In this document: in pieces, positions 40,001 through 53,469 of the stretch
Layout of the letters: every line of letters starts with the position of its first letter
Position numbering within the stretch: position 1 is the first letter of the stretch
Source of the DNA: Okamejei kenojei
Taxonomy: Eukaryota
Assembly (NCBI GenBank): GCA_035221665.1
Contig: JAVHYY010000086.1
Location: forward strand, 1 to 64,000
DNA: 64,000 bases
Reading direction: 5' to 3'
The notes under the pieces: generated by a model
Told to the model about the DNA's origin: nothing
The model's input: the letters and a program-made list of their open reading frames with translations, nothing else
Databases searched by the model: none
Made by a program: the position numbers and the translations under genes

Positions 40001-41063
40001 ATATCCCTGGATGTTCAGCTCCGAGCCTACGTCACCCTGGAGCCATGTCTCCGTGATCCCAACTATATCATAATCATTATATCTATCTGCACGTTCAACT
40101 CGTCCACCTTATTACGAATACTCCTTGCATTGAGACACAAAGCCTTCAGGCTTGTCTTTACAACGCATTTTACCCCTTATACAATTTTGCTGGAAAATGT
40201 GGCCCTTTTTGATTTTTGCCCTGGTTTTGTCTGCCTGCCACTTTTACCTTTTTCACCTTGCTACCTAATGCTTCTACCCTCATTTTACACCTTCCTGCCT
40301 CTCTGCTCTTGTACCATCCCCCTGCCACATTAGTTTAAATCCTCCCCGACAGCACTAGCAAACACTCCCCCAAGAACATTGGTTCCATTCCATTCCAGGT
40401 GCAAAAACCGTCCTGTTTGTACCGGTCCCACCTCCCCCAGAACTGGTCCCAGTGCCCTAAAAATTTGAATCCCTCCCCCTTGCACTACTTTTCAAGCCAC
40501 GTATTTACATTTGCATGTGTCCTCCTATTTCTACTCTGACTGGCCCGTGGTACTGGTTAGTAATCCGGAGATTATTACCTTTGAGGTCCTACTTTTAAGT
40601 TTATCTCCTAGCTCCCTAAATTCACCTTGTAGGACCTCATCCCTTTTTTTACCTATATCGTTGTGCCAACATGCACCACGACAACTGGCTGTTCACCCTC
40701 CCCCTCCAGAATGTTCTGCAGCCGTTCAGTGACATCCCTGACCTTTGCACCAGGGAGGCAACATACCATCCTGGAGTCTCGTTTGCGGCGGCAGAAACGC
40801 CTATCTATTCCCCTGACAATTGAATCCCCTATTACTATTGCCCTTCCCCTCTTTTTCCCCCCTCATGTGCTGCAGAGCCACCCATGGTGCCATGAACCTG
40901 GCTGCTGCTGCATTCCCCTGATGAGCCATCTCCCTCAACAGTATCCAAAATGGTATACCTGTTTAGGAGGGAGATGACCGCAGGGGACTCCTGCACTACC
41001 TGCCTACTGCTTTGCTGGCTATTGGCCACCCGTTCCCTTCTTGTCCTCCTACCTTTTGCCTGC
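37048..41063 (-). mobile_element. Young CR1 LINE (ORF1 esterase part + ORF2), frameshifted, with nested insert
   Basis: Near-identical reverse complement of 58747-62354, extending further into ORF1 (..VISLLNRYTILDTVEG..). Confidence 0.95.
39259..39446 (+). mobile_element. Nested CR1 3' end with 7-bp TSD
   Basis: Same-family 3' UTR and tail in the opposite orientation, flanked by aagttac at 39252-39258 and 39447-39453. Confidence 0.88.
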
Positions 41064-41669
41064 GGCAAAAGATCACAACTTATCTTTCTCAAGTCCAGCG
41101 TATATAGGCTTGGAGTTAACAAACACGTATTATGCGCGACGGAAAGATTCCTCAAATAATTCTCGTAAACCTCCGTTTGTCAATCTCCAAAGCCACCATA
41201 TCCTTCCTCAGATAAGGGACACAAAATTGCTCGGATATTCCATATGTGATCAAATAAGTGACTAACCAAAATGTACGATTTACATTAGATCCCTGTTTTC
41301 ATATTCTATTCATCTCGAAATGAATGCTAATATTTAATATGTCACCGTTTACGACGATTCACTATGAAAAATTCGCACTTTGGAATACCCGCACCAACAT
41401 TCCCAAGTCCATTTGCATCTTCTGAACCCTCTCGCCATTTCCTAAATAGTCGACATCGTTATTCCTTCCGTCAAAGTACATGACCGTATAGTGTGCTGTG
41501 TAGAATTCCATCTGCCACTTATTTGCCCCCTCTTCAAACTTGTTCATGTAACTCTGCAAACTCCATGCTTACTCAACACTACCTGCCCCTTCGCCTATTT
41601 TTAGCATCGTCCGCGATATCAGCCGCATAGCCATCAATTCCATCATCCAGATCGTAAACATACAACTAT

Positions 41670-44600
41670 TATGGAAATATTAAAGGCGTTTATTAGAGGT
41701 TCTGTTATTTCATATCAAGCTTTTCAAAATAGAAAGAATAGAACAACTAGAAGAACAAATAAGAAAACATGATTTCGAAAACGCGAAAGACCCAACTATA
41801 GATAAACACAACAAGATAGCAATATTGAAAGTTAAACTAAATGCGAATTTTATCTGCAAGAGTTATTAGATTATTTCAAATTATAAAACAGGAAAATTTA
41901 GAATTTGGCGATAAGCCACTCAAACCTTTAGCACGTCAGCTGAAAAAAGTGGAAAAGGATCACATTATTCTAAAAATCAAATCAGATAAAGGCAATTTGA
42001 TAATGTTGCCTAACGACATTTACACAAGATTTGCTCAATTTTATCAAAATTTATATACATCCAAAACATCAACAGACAGCAATAAGATTACAAACTTTCT
42101 GGACAACTGTAATCTCCCAACACTTAATCCGTTGGTTCAAGAGCTATTAGGTGCACGGGTTTCAATCAAACAAATCGAAGACACAATAAACTCACTGACG
42201 AATAGTAAAACACCGGGACCAGATGGGTTCAATAAAGAATTTTATAAAACATTTCATGAGGTCGATAGAGCTCTCGGGGCTAGTGGAGTCAAGGGATATA
42301 GGAGAGGCAGGCACGTGTTATTGATAGCGCACGATCAGGCATGATCATATTGAATGGCGGTGCTGGCTCGAAGGGCCGAATGGCCTCCTCCTGCACCTAG
42401 TTTCTATGTTTCTATGTTTCTATGAGGTAATTTCACCACGTTTACACACGCTTTATACACACTTAATCAACTATCACGCTTCTACCTAAAAAAGATCAAG
42501 TTCTAGAAGAACCCGATTCACATAGAACAATTGCATTATTAAATACAGTTCAGAAAATATAATCGAAAAATCTGGCAAGAATATTAAGTAAATACGTTAG
42601 TTCATTTATACATGCGGATGAAACTGGGTTCATACACAAGAGACATTAATTTAATAATTTCAGACGTCGTTTTCTTATAATGTATTCATACACAATTGAA
42701 GGTGCAGAAAAAACATTCGACGAAGTAGTATGGGAATACCTCGTCACATTATTAAAAACATTTCAAATGGGAGATAATTTGATTTCATGGATAAATTATT
42801 ATATATATCAGGCCGGCTGCTGGAATATTGACCAACCACATACTTTCTCAGAAATGTCACTTATCCAGGGGAAATAGACAGGGTTGCGCATTATCACCCC
42901 TGATATTTGCCCTTGTGATTGAGCCCTTTGCGGAAAGTATAAGAATACATCCGAATATTCACGTATATAATACCAAACATTCCAATAATAAAATATCATG
43001 ATACGCAGATGATGTATTATTATACATTACAAAATCTCGTTAGTATACCAAATATATTAAATCGAATATAGGAGTTCGGTTATTGTTCAGGATATAGAAT
43101 AATCTGGATTGCTTGTGAAATCATGGCGATAAAACCCCAAGAGTCGACACATCTTTCAGAATTGCTACAGAAAAAATCAAATATCTGGGTGTCCAAGTAA
43201 CCAGAAAATATAATTATTTATTCAATGCAAACATCCTGCCCTTAACAACTAAATTAATCACTCTCATTCAATTCTGGAAAACACTTCCGATATCTCTAAT
43301 AGGCTGAATAAATGCCATAAAAATAATTTTCCGACAACAAATTCTCCATTTATTTCAATCAATATCGATATATTTACCTAAATATTTTTTTTCAAAAAAC
43401 TTGATTACAAGATTACAAATTTTATTTGGGGTTATAAATCACGCATAATTCATAGACGACATTTACGTAAAACCAAATAAATTGGTGGATTGGTGCTCCC
43501 CAATTTCTTGTTCTATTATTGAGGAGCGAAGATTAAAGATGTAATTCACTGGCTGGATAATTCATGTCAACAGGTAGATTGGTTAGTAATGGAGAGAGAG
43601 GATTGTTCGCCTTTTAACATAGGCGCGATCCTTCTCGCCCTAATAAAGTTGAAGGACACAATATACATGAAAAACACGATTATTCATAGCATTTTACGAA
43701 TCTGGAGACAAGTAAAATGTACTCATAAACTAAGACATCTATCTCTTCTTTCTCCAATAGCTAATACTCTGTCGTTTAAATCATCTATTATAGATACAAC
43801 GTTTATTCATTGGGAAAGACTAGGAATTAAAAAGGTTGGAGATTTGTGCGAAATGGGAAATTACAATCGAAATACAGTCTGAAAGGTAAGCAATATTTGA
43901 GATAACTTCAAATTCGAGATTATTTGAAAACATATACCCACGAATACCAAACTCTGTTGCCAGATATATTAGGTGAAGGTATGAATAGAAACGCAGAGTC
44001 AAATAATTTAATATCATACTTGTACAATATAATTCCAAATATGGAAGTGCCATCGTCAGATGTAATTAGAAGAGGGTGGGAACAGGAATTAAGCCTAAAC
44101 TCCCCAAAGACAGATAGGAATAATATCTCCTATGTATACATAATTTTTCGATTAATGTAAGACAAATTCCAAATCCAATTTAAAATACTACACAGACTAT
44201 ATTACTGAAAAACTAAACCGAAAAAAATGTTTCCGAATGCATCCCCTATGTGCGACAAATGTCTTTCTCAAGAAGAAACTATAACACACTGCTTGGCTCT
44301 TGCATAATACTCCATAAATTTTGGAAAGGAATCTATGAAATCTCCTCAAAATTATTAAAAACATAACGGGACCACCATACAGAATTAATTATTTTGGAAC
44401 AACAGGCTGGCAAACAGGAAGCAAAGAGTAGGAGTAAACGGGTCCTTTTCACAATGGCAGGCAGTAACTAGTGGGGTAGCGCAGGGCTCAGTGCTGGGAC
44501 CCCAGCTGTTTACAATATATATTAATGATCTGGATGAGGGAATTGAAGGCAATATCTCCAAGTATGCGGATGACACTAAGCTGGGGGGCAGTGTTCGCTG

Positions 44601-46090
44601 TGAGGAGGATGCTAGGAGACTGCAAGGTGACTTGGATAGGCTGGGTGAGTGGGCAAATGTTTGGCAGATGCAGTATAATGTGGATAAATGTGAGGTTATC
44701 ACTTTGGTGGCAAAAACAGGAAAGCAGACTATTATTTAAATGGTGGCCGATTAGGAAAAGGGGAGATGCAGCGAGACCTGGGTGTCCTGGTACACCAGTC
44801 ATTGAAAGTAGGCATGCAGGTGCAGCAGGCAGTGAAAAAAGCGAATGGTATGTTAGCTTTCATAGCAAAAGGATTTGAGTACAGGAGCAGGGAGGTTCTA
44901 CTTCAGTTGTACAGGGTCTTGGTGAGACCACACCTGGAGTATTGCGTACAGTTTTTGGTCTCCAAATCTGAGGAAGGACATTATTGCCATAGAGGGAGTG
45001 CAGAGAAGGTTCACCAGACTGATTCCTGGGATGTCAGGACTGTCTTATGAAGAAAGACTGGATTAGACTCGGTTTATACTCTCTGGAATTTAGGAGATTG
45101 AGAGGGGATCTTATAGAAACTTACAAAATTCTTAAGGGGTTGGACAGGCTAGATGCAGGAAGATTGTTCCCGATGTTGAGGAAGTCCAGGACAAGGGGTC
45201 ACAGCTTAAGGATAAGGGGGAAATCCTTTAAGACCGAGATGAGAAAGACTTTTTTCACACAGACAGTGGTGAGTCTCTGGAACTCTCTGCCACAGAGGGT
45301 AGTTGAGGCCAGTTAATTGGCTATATTTAAGAGTGAGTTGGATGTGGCCCTTGTGGCTAAGGGGATCAGAGGGTATGGAGAGAAGGCAGGTACGGGATAC
45401 TGAGTTGGATGATCAGCCATGATCATATTGAATGGCGGTGCAGGCTCGAAGGGCTGAATGGCCTACTCCTGCACCTAATTTATATGTCTATGTCTAACAG
45501 GAGCCTGCTCTGAGGTATCAATATTTCAAAGACGTTTCCTCAATTATGGCCTGATAATGGCAAAAAAAACGTATACTTACATTTTGGAAATTGAATCAAA
45601 CCCAACTCTTAACATGTGGATCACAAGCATGTCTTAGACGCTACATCTCGAAGATGTGAGACACGTCTTAGTAGGAAAATCAGACCAATCTTTAAAGATA
45701 CGGTCTCCTTTCATCGATTCATTACAAACATAGTATAGTGCAACACAACTTCGCAATTAAACTGATTTACGGACATGGCAATGGGAGGGGTCAGAAACGA
45801 AGTAGGTAATCAACACGTTTTGGCAATTTTTCCCTTTTTGTTATTTTTCGTTTTAGTATTTTTATTGTTTTGTAAGTTTCTACTTAGTCACTCTGCGACT
45901 ACACTCTTTGGTAGTTTAGGGGTTTACAGATTCACGAGCTCTTTCACTCTCGCTGTTTCTTGCTCTAATTCTCTTTTTCTATTTCATTGTTGTCAAATTT
46001 AAAATGGAATATGTACAATCAATGTATTTTGTCATGCCGCGGTTTATAGTACTGTACACTGCTTCTAATGAAAACATTATTAAAAAAAAA
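41670..46090 (+). mobile_element. L1-clade LINE, 5'-truncated, interrupted by two CR1 inserts
   Basis: EFGDKPLKPLARQLK, KTPGPDGFNKEFYK, YADDVLL (~43002), Cys-rich C-terminus, poly-A at ~46082-46090, candidate TSD acaactat; AT-rich. CR1 inserts at ~42260-42422 and 44401-45495. Confidence 0.88.
44401..45495 (+). mobile_element. Young CR1 3' fragment nested in L1
   Basis: LGPQLFTIYINDL..YADDTKLGG; near-identical to 61258-62345. Confidence 0.95.
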
Positions 46091-46637
46091 CAACTATGTT
46101 CCCCATCACACATAATAATTCTGTTCAGATTTACATTTGACGGAATCCGCGACTAAACATGTCCCGGTGAGGGGATGCTGAATGATAGAGTTGACATATG
46201 GACAGATGGAGGAGTAGATTATCACTTAACTTATTAGCCTTTGGTTTGTGAACGTCAGAGTGCACGAGCAATGAAGAACAAGATATCTTCATTTTAATTC
46301 ATGATTGACAGAATATTTTATTGTCTTCACAGATTGCGAGGGAAGAAGAGAAATAGGTATGTACAAAATTAACCTTCCACCAGCCCCAATTTTGTAGTAT
46401 CAGGAAAACATTATGCGGCTTACTGCCTCTTAAGTGCAAATGAACAGCAGGCAGTAACTCTGTAGGAATAGGATAAATGACGGTTCTGGTCAGGATCCTT
46501 CTCCCGTCTGAAAGTAGGGCGAGGCTACTGAATGAAAGAGTAGGCCAGAACAAGGCAGGGAAGGCATTAAATGACTGAGAAAGAATGGAGCCCATAATCG
46601 CCCATTGTTGGCTGGGGAATAAGTGATACCAAACAAC

Positions 46638-46856
46638 NNNNNNNNNNNNNNNNNNNNNNNNNNNNNNNNNNNNNNNNNNNNNNNNNNNNNNNNNNNNNNN
46701 NNNNNNNNNNNNNNNNNNNNNNNNNNNNNNNNNNNNNNNNNNNNNNNNNNNNNNNNNNNNNNNNNNNNNNNNNNNNNNNNNNNNNNNNNNNNNNNNNNNN
46801 NNNNNNNNNNNNNNNNNNNNNNNNNNNNNNNNNNNNNNNNNNNNNNNNNNNNNNNN
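46638..46856. other. Assembly gap
   Basis: Run of N. Confidence 1.
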
Positions 46857-47981
46857 TACATATACAAGGAATTTGCCTTGGTGCTCCGCCCACACGTAAC
46901 AACATGACATATAGTGACAGTTAGAAATAAATCTAGTATGATGACTAGGATGGGGGAGAGGGTGAGAGACAGGGAGGCAAGCGACATACCAGATGTTTTT
47001 TCTCCATTTTGTGGATGGCCTCGCTCTAACAGTTGAGGAGGCCAACGACAGAACGCTTTATATGGGAATGCGAAGACGTGTTAAAATGTTTGCCCGCCGG
47101 GAGAACGCAAATGCAAATGCGGAAATTATTGTTTTACCGTACATCGGGGCCACAGAGTCACAGAGACATAACGTGAAACAGTTTGGAACCAGACCCTTCG
47201 TCCCAATTCGCCCACACCGGCCACCAAAATATCAGCTACACTAGTCCCACATGCCTGCGCTTGGTCCATACCCCTCCAAATCTCTCCAGTCCACGTACCT
47301 GTCAACTGTTGAGTAAATTGTAGGATAGTCCCTGCACAACTACCTCCTGTGGGAGCTTGTTCCGTACACTCACCACCCTTTGTGTGAACCTGTTTCCCCA
47401 CGGAATCCTATTAAATATGTTTCCCTTCTCCTTGATCCTATGTCCTCTGGTCGCCGATTCTCTGGGCAAAATACTCTGTGCATTTACCCGGTCTATTCCT
47501 CTCATGCTTTACTCCAGGTAGACATTTTCCGCATACAGAAGGTATATTAAGCACGCTTTATTTTTGGAACTTTATACCATCTAGATAATCCGTTGCTAAA
47601 ACAGCAAATTCTCTTTCCACCGAAAACCTCGTTAATGAGCAATGATACGTTTATTTTTAAATGATGAAAGGAAATCATAAATACAACACGTTGCACCTAT
47701 GTAACTGAAAATCTTCACTCGTTTTGTAAACAATATGTTCTCGGCATATCTGTACAAATTCTTCAAAAAGCAGAAGTGTAATGATTTAACTAAGCACTTG
47801 GGAATACGTACACGAGGCGGGACTGGACCCATGAACCTCCGTAGCAGGTGGTCGTGCACAACAGGGCGAATGGACGTAAAATGTCCACACATTAAATGCT
47901 GTCTTTACATACAAGCCCTACAGCATGAAGCAATGCATGAAGCCCAGCTGGTCACTCGTTTGTGTTATATTATTTTAACAG

Positions 47982-48882
47982 TTAAATATCTTTCGAGTGC
48001 AACGGATCGGATATGTAAGTAAACGCACGCGGAACAGGTCCTCACTGAACTGGCTCTCTGTCACGATGTAAATGGCCGTGTTGGTGCAGGTGCTCAGCAG
48101 CTGAAGCATATATCCAACACTTTCCAATTATACCAAAGGGTTTGTCCAGGCCTTGCGCATCAACAATTTCGAACTTGAAACCGCAATACAATGTGCGACA
48201 ATTGTGGCCCAGAGCAGGATGAAGCAGCTCGCGATTGCCAGAAGGAAAACGATCGACCATCTACGGATTACCATCTCCTGGTCTTTCTTTTACTCCCCAC
48301 CGCTGAGGTTGCCGAGGTTCCTCCGGACTCGACTGGCCACGGAAATACGTCTTACGGTGAGCGCGTGAAACAGCAAAATCAGGCAGAATGGAATAGCCGG
48401 GATGAACAACTGGTCGACCAAAGAGAACACCACCAATTCGCGACGATTATAGAATCCTACTGCATTTGTGGCAGCTGTACTCTCCACCCATTCAGCGATA
48501 AGAAATTATGCGAAGGGCAAGGGAAGTTGTTTCAGGCAGACGAACGGGCTCACTATCAGGATAGCAATCGACACGGTCCTCTCGGTGCAATATTTCGATT
48601 TCATGTTCTGATTTCAAATCGCAACAAAGCGATCAAATGTGAAAGCGACTGTGAACCATACAGAACAATCCACCGCCACGGGAGCGAGGTAGAATATTAT
48701 TTGTCACACAGGAGTGTAGGCCAAAGAAACGAGCCACAAATAAATATCAGCAATCCGATCAAATATCACGTCAATGAGAAGCATGGAGACGTCCGCGGTC
48801 GACATTGCTACCATGTTACGAGTGATGCACTTGGAGAGGCCGCACTTGCCACCGGGCAGGATCACAATCGCCATCAGATTCA
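47982..48882 (-). pseudogene. GPR139/142-like GPCR, copy 3 (exon 2 only)
   Basis: Acceptor ttcccag at 48883; DCSVWFTVAFTFDRFVAI, PAIPFCLILLFHALTVRRI, LLSTCTNTAIY. In-frame stop at 48290 plus indels; exon 1 absent. Confidence 0.88.
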
Positions 48883-48993
48883 CTGGGAAGGAATGAAAAT
48901 ATAAACTGATTAATTATGTTGTGTATGTGTCGGTGGGTTAAGGTTATTTAAACGTGCGCATATTTGGGATGATCAACCAACGTTTGTTATAAT

Positions 48994-50500
48994 ACAGGAT
49001 ATTCCCTAGGACATTGAGGGAAGTTAGTGTAGAAATAGCAGGAGCTATGATAGAAATATTTTCAATTAGAAACGGGAATAGTGCCGGAGGATTGGCGTAC
49101 TGCGCATGTTGTTCCATTGTTTAAAAAGGGTTCAAAGAATAAACCTAGCAATTATAGACCTATTAGTTTGACGTCAGTGGTGGGCAAATTAATGGAAAGG
49201 ATACTTAGATATAATATACATAAGCATCTGGATAAACATGGTCTGATCAGGAACAGTCAACATGGATTTGTGCCTGGAAGGTCATGTTTGACAAACCTTC
49301 TTGAATTTTTTGAAGCGGTAACTAGGGAAATTGATGAGGGTAAAGCAGTGGATGTTGTCTATATGGATTTCAGTAAGGCCTTTGACAAGGTTCCCCATGG
49401 AAGGTTGGTTAAGAAGGTTCAATCTTTGGGTGTTAATGGCGGAGTAGCAAGATGGATTCAACAGTGGCTGAATGGGAGATGCCAGAGAGTAATGGTGGAT
49501 GGCTGTTTGTCAGGTTGGAAGCCGGTGACCAGTGGGGTGCCTCAGGGATCTGTGTTGGGTCCACTGTTGTTTGTCATGTACATCAATGATCTGGATGATG
49601 GGTGGAAAATTGGATAAGTAAGTATGCAGATGATACTAAGATAGGTGGTGTTGTGGATAATGAAGTAGATTTTCAAAGTCTACAGAGAGATTTGGGCCAT
49701 TTGGAAAAGTGGGCTGAAAGATGGCGGATGGAGTTTAATGCTGATAAGTGTGAAGTGCTACATCTTGGCAGGACAAATCGAAATAGGACGTACATGGTAA
49801 ATGGTAGGGAATTGAGGAATGCTGTGGAACAGAGGGATCTAGGAATAACTGTGCATAATTCCCTGAAGGTGGAATCGCATGTAGATAGGGTGGTAAAGAA
49901 AGCCTTTGGTGTGCTGGCCTTTATAAATCAGAGCATTGAATATAGGAGTAGGGAAGTAATGTTAAAATTGTACAAGGCATTGGTAAGACCAATTCTGGAG
50001 TATGGTGTACAATTTTGGTCGCCTAGTTATAGGAAGGATGTCAACAAAATAGCGAGAGTACAGAGGAGATTTACTAGAATGTTGCCAGGGTTCCAGCAAC
50101 TATGTTACAGAGAACGGTTGAACAAGTTAGGTCTTTATTCTTTGGAGCGCAGAAGGTTAAGGGGGGACTTGATTGAGGTCTTTAAAATGATGAAAGGGAT
50201 AGACAGATTTGACGTGGATACGTTTTTTTTCCCCATTGAGGGTAGGGGAGATTCAAACAAGAGGGCATGACATGAGAATTAAGGGACAGAGGTTTCGGGG
50301 TAACGTGTGGGGGAACTTCTTTACTCAGAGGGTGGTGGCTGTGTGGAATGAGCTTCCAGCAGAAGTGGTGGAGGCAGGATCGATTTTAACATTTAAGAGT
50401 AAAGTGGATAGGCATATGGACGTGAAGGGAATGGAGGGGTATGGTCTGAGTGCAGGTAGATGGGACTAGGGGAAAACAAATGGTCGGCACGGACTGGAAG
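48994..50500 (+). mobile_element. CR1 LINE (second subfamily), RT domain, tail deleted
   Basis: [38 protein letters not shown]. Confidence 0.95.
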
Positions 50501-51219
50501 GGCAAGGAAAGTTGTCATTTCTGGCTTGTACCTGCGCAACTCAAGTTTCCAGACGGCGACAGCAGAGCGTAAGCAGTATCGGCACCTGAGCATATCCATT
50601 GGGCACCTAGAGGCGGTGTTCTCAGAAAAGTGACTAATGGGGCGAAAGAGCCACAAAAGAGAGAAGAACCGTAGAGTTTATCAAGCATTAATGAAACACG
50701 AACATGTAAATTAATTATCGTGGCAGCGTCGTTTGTCGGCTCCGTCCCGGGGTTCGCATCCAGAAGTCGGAAAGAATGATACGGACACGGGGGGGGGGTC
50801 ATGAGGTCATAAGGGTTCGGAGTAAAATAAGGCCATTCTGCCCATTAAGGTTCATCCACCATTCAATCATGACTTATCTATACCCCCTCCTACACCACTC
50901 TCTTACTTTCTTCTCAGAACCACTGACACCTGTACTAATCAATTATCTATATATCTCTTCGTGGAAAATATCCACAGATTTAGCCCACACAGCCTTTGTG
51001 TCAAGGTACTCCATAGATTGAACATAGAGGACATTGAAGGCGTCAGGTGTGATCAAAGGGGTCTATGAAGACATGAGAGAGGAAATCATGTTATTCGGAA
51101 AAGGACCCATTCATACCTGCTCTTTGCTTCCTTTCTGCCAAAAATGTTCTATCCATGTCAACACGCTAACCACAATACCAATATAGTCCGCTATTTGCTT
51201 CTAATATTGTCTACTGTCT

Positions 51220-53400
51220 ATTGAGCTGGCCAAGGTAAACTGGAAAGGGATCCCAACAGGACTGTCGGTGGAACAGCAATGGCTGGAATTTCTGGGCATA
51301 ATCCGGAAGACGCAGGATCACTTAATTGCAAAAAGGAAGAAAGATTCTACGGGGTGTAGGAGGGAACCGTGCGTGCTAAGTGAAGTTAGGGATGGAATAA
51401 AAATAAAATAAATGATGTATAACACAGCAAAGAGCAGCCGGAAGCCAGAGGATTGGGAACTTTCATAACACAACAGAAGGAAACAAAACTGGCATACGGG
51501 CCGAAAAGATGAAGCACGAGGTGAAGCTGAACAGGAATAGAAGGAAGGACAGTAACAGCTTATTTAGATACGTTAAGGGAAAAATAGTAGCAAAGCCAAA
51601 TGCGGGTCCCTTGAAGGCAGACATGGGTGAAATTATTATGCGTAACAAGAAATGAAAGAAGTGTTTCAACAGGTACTTCGTATCTGTCTTCACTAAAGAA
51701 GACACAAACAACCTGCAAGTACTGAAAGACATTTTCATTTAGCGATAAATAGTATTGGGTAGGCTAATGAGACTGAAGGATAATAATCCATTTGGCTTGA
51801 TGGCCAGCATCCCAGGGTCTTCTGGCAGATGGCTGTAGAAATGGTGGACGCATTGGTGATCATGTTCCAATGTTCAATAGAATGAGGATCAGTTCGTGTG
51901 GATTGGAATATATCTAATGTCACCATACGTTTCAAGAATGGAGCGAGAGAGAAGGGAGTATTACAGAACTGGTAGCATGACGTCGGTAGTGGGAAAGTCA
52001 AGTATTAAAGAGGTAATAATGGGGCATTTTGATAGCAGTAAAATGATTAGTCCAAGTCAACAAGTCAACATGGATTATGAAAGGGAAATCATGCTTGACT
52101 ATTTTTTGAGGATGTGACAAGTATAATGGATGAAACGGAGCCAAATCATGAATATATATGGTAAACACTTGCGGCCACAACACCGAGTCTTTCGGCAGTA
52201 TACTAGCCACAGTGGCTAGTGTAGTGCCGAAAGACTCGGTGTTGTGGCCGCAACTGTTTACCATATATATTCATGATTTGGAAGAGGGAAGTAGAAGCAA
52301 TCGGATAGTTTGCGGATGACACAAAGCTGGGTGGCAGTGCGACCTGGGAAGAGGATGTTAGGAGGTTGCAGGGAGACCTGGTCAGATTGCGTGAGTAGGC
52401 AGATGCGTGGCAGTTGTAGTATAATTCCAGCGCCCGCCTGGGGCTCCGTTCCAACTTTGCAACTTTTGGGTCTACAGCGGGGCCGAACAACAGAAGGCGC
52501 GGACTGAATGGCCGTGGGACCTAATACCGCCCTCCCGGGCTTCAACATCGGGAGAGGAATGGTGCGCGGGAGAGAGAATAACTTTGCCTTCCATCACAGT
52601 GAGGAGGAGATTCACTGTGATGGATGTTTGTGTGAATTGAATTATTTGTGTGTTTTTTTTATGAATTGTACTGTTTGTATGGCTTGTAGAAACGGAGTTT
52701 CGTTTAAGCCTCTCTGAGGTTCGAATGACAAGTAATAAAATCCAATCTAATCTAATCTAAATCAATCTAATAATATAGATACATGTGAGGTTATCGACTT
52801 TGGCGGCAGACATAAGGGGGCAGAATATAATCTCAATGGGGTTAGTTTAGGTAAGGAGGAGGTGCAGCGAGACCTGTGTGTCCTTGTACATCAGTCATTG
52901 AAAAATGGCGTGCATGTACAGCAGGCAGTAAAGAATGCTTATGGAATTTTGGCCTTCATAACAATAGGATTTCAGTGCAGGAGAAAAGAGGTTCTTCTGC
53001 AGCTGTACAGGCTCTGATGAGACCACATCTGGAGTATTGTGTACAGTTTTAGTATCCTAATTTAAGGAAGGCCATCTTTGTGATTGAGGCAGTGACGCGT
53101 ATGTTCACGAGATTGAATCCTGGGATGGTGGGACTGTCGTATAAGGAGAGATTGATAAGACCGGGTTTGCATTCTTTGGAGTTTAGAAGGATGAGGGGTG
53201 TTCTTACAGAAACAGATAAAATTATAAATGTACTGGACAAGCTAGATGCAGATGCAGGGGCCACAGTTTTAGAATAAAGGGGAGGCCATTTAAGACTGAG
53301 GTGAGAAAAACCCTTTTCACCCTGAGAGTTGTGAATTCGTGGATTCCCTGCCACAGAGGGAACATATTTTCTATGTTTCTATATTGCTATGTTTCTATTC
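51220..53400 (+). mobile_element. Degenerate CR1 (paralog of 3520-5775) with an unrelated insert at ~52425-52770
   Basis: CR1 ORF2 motifs and tail; the insert ends in aataaa and (aatct)n. Confidence 0.8.
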
Positions 53401-53469
53401 GCCACTCTCTGAATAAAGACAATTCTCATCGGCTCCATCCGAAGAGAACGTCCTTTAAAACTAAAGCAA

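Noticed and set aside
46299-47045. Long ORFs spanning N runs (also 62583-63191)
   Set aside because: Artefacts of translating through gaps.
48191-48904. 237-aa plus-strand ORF
   Set aside because: Antisense shadow of GPCR exon 2; no independent motifs.
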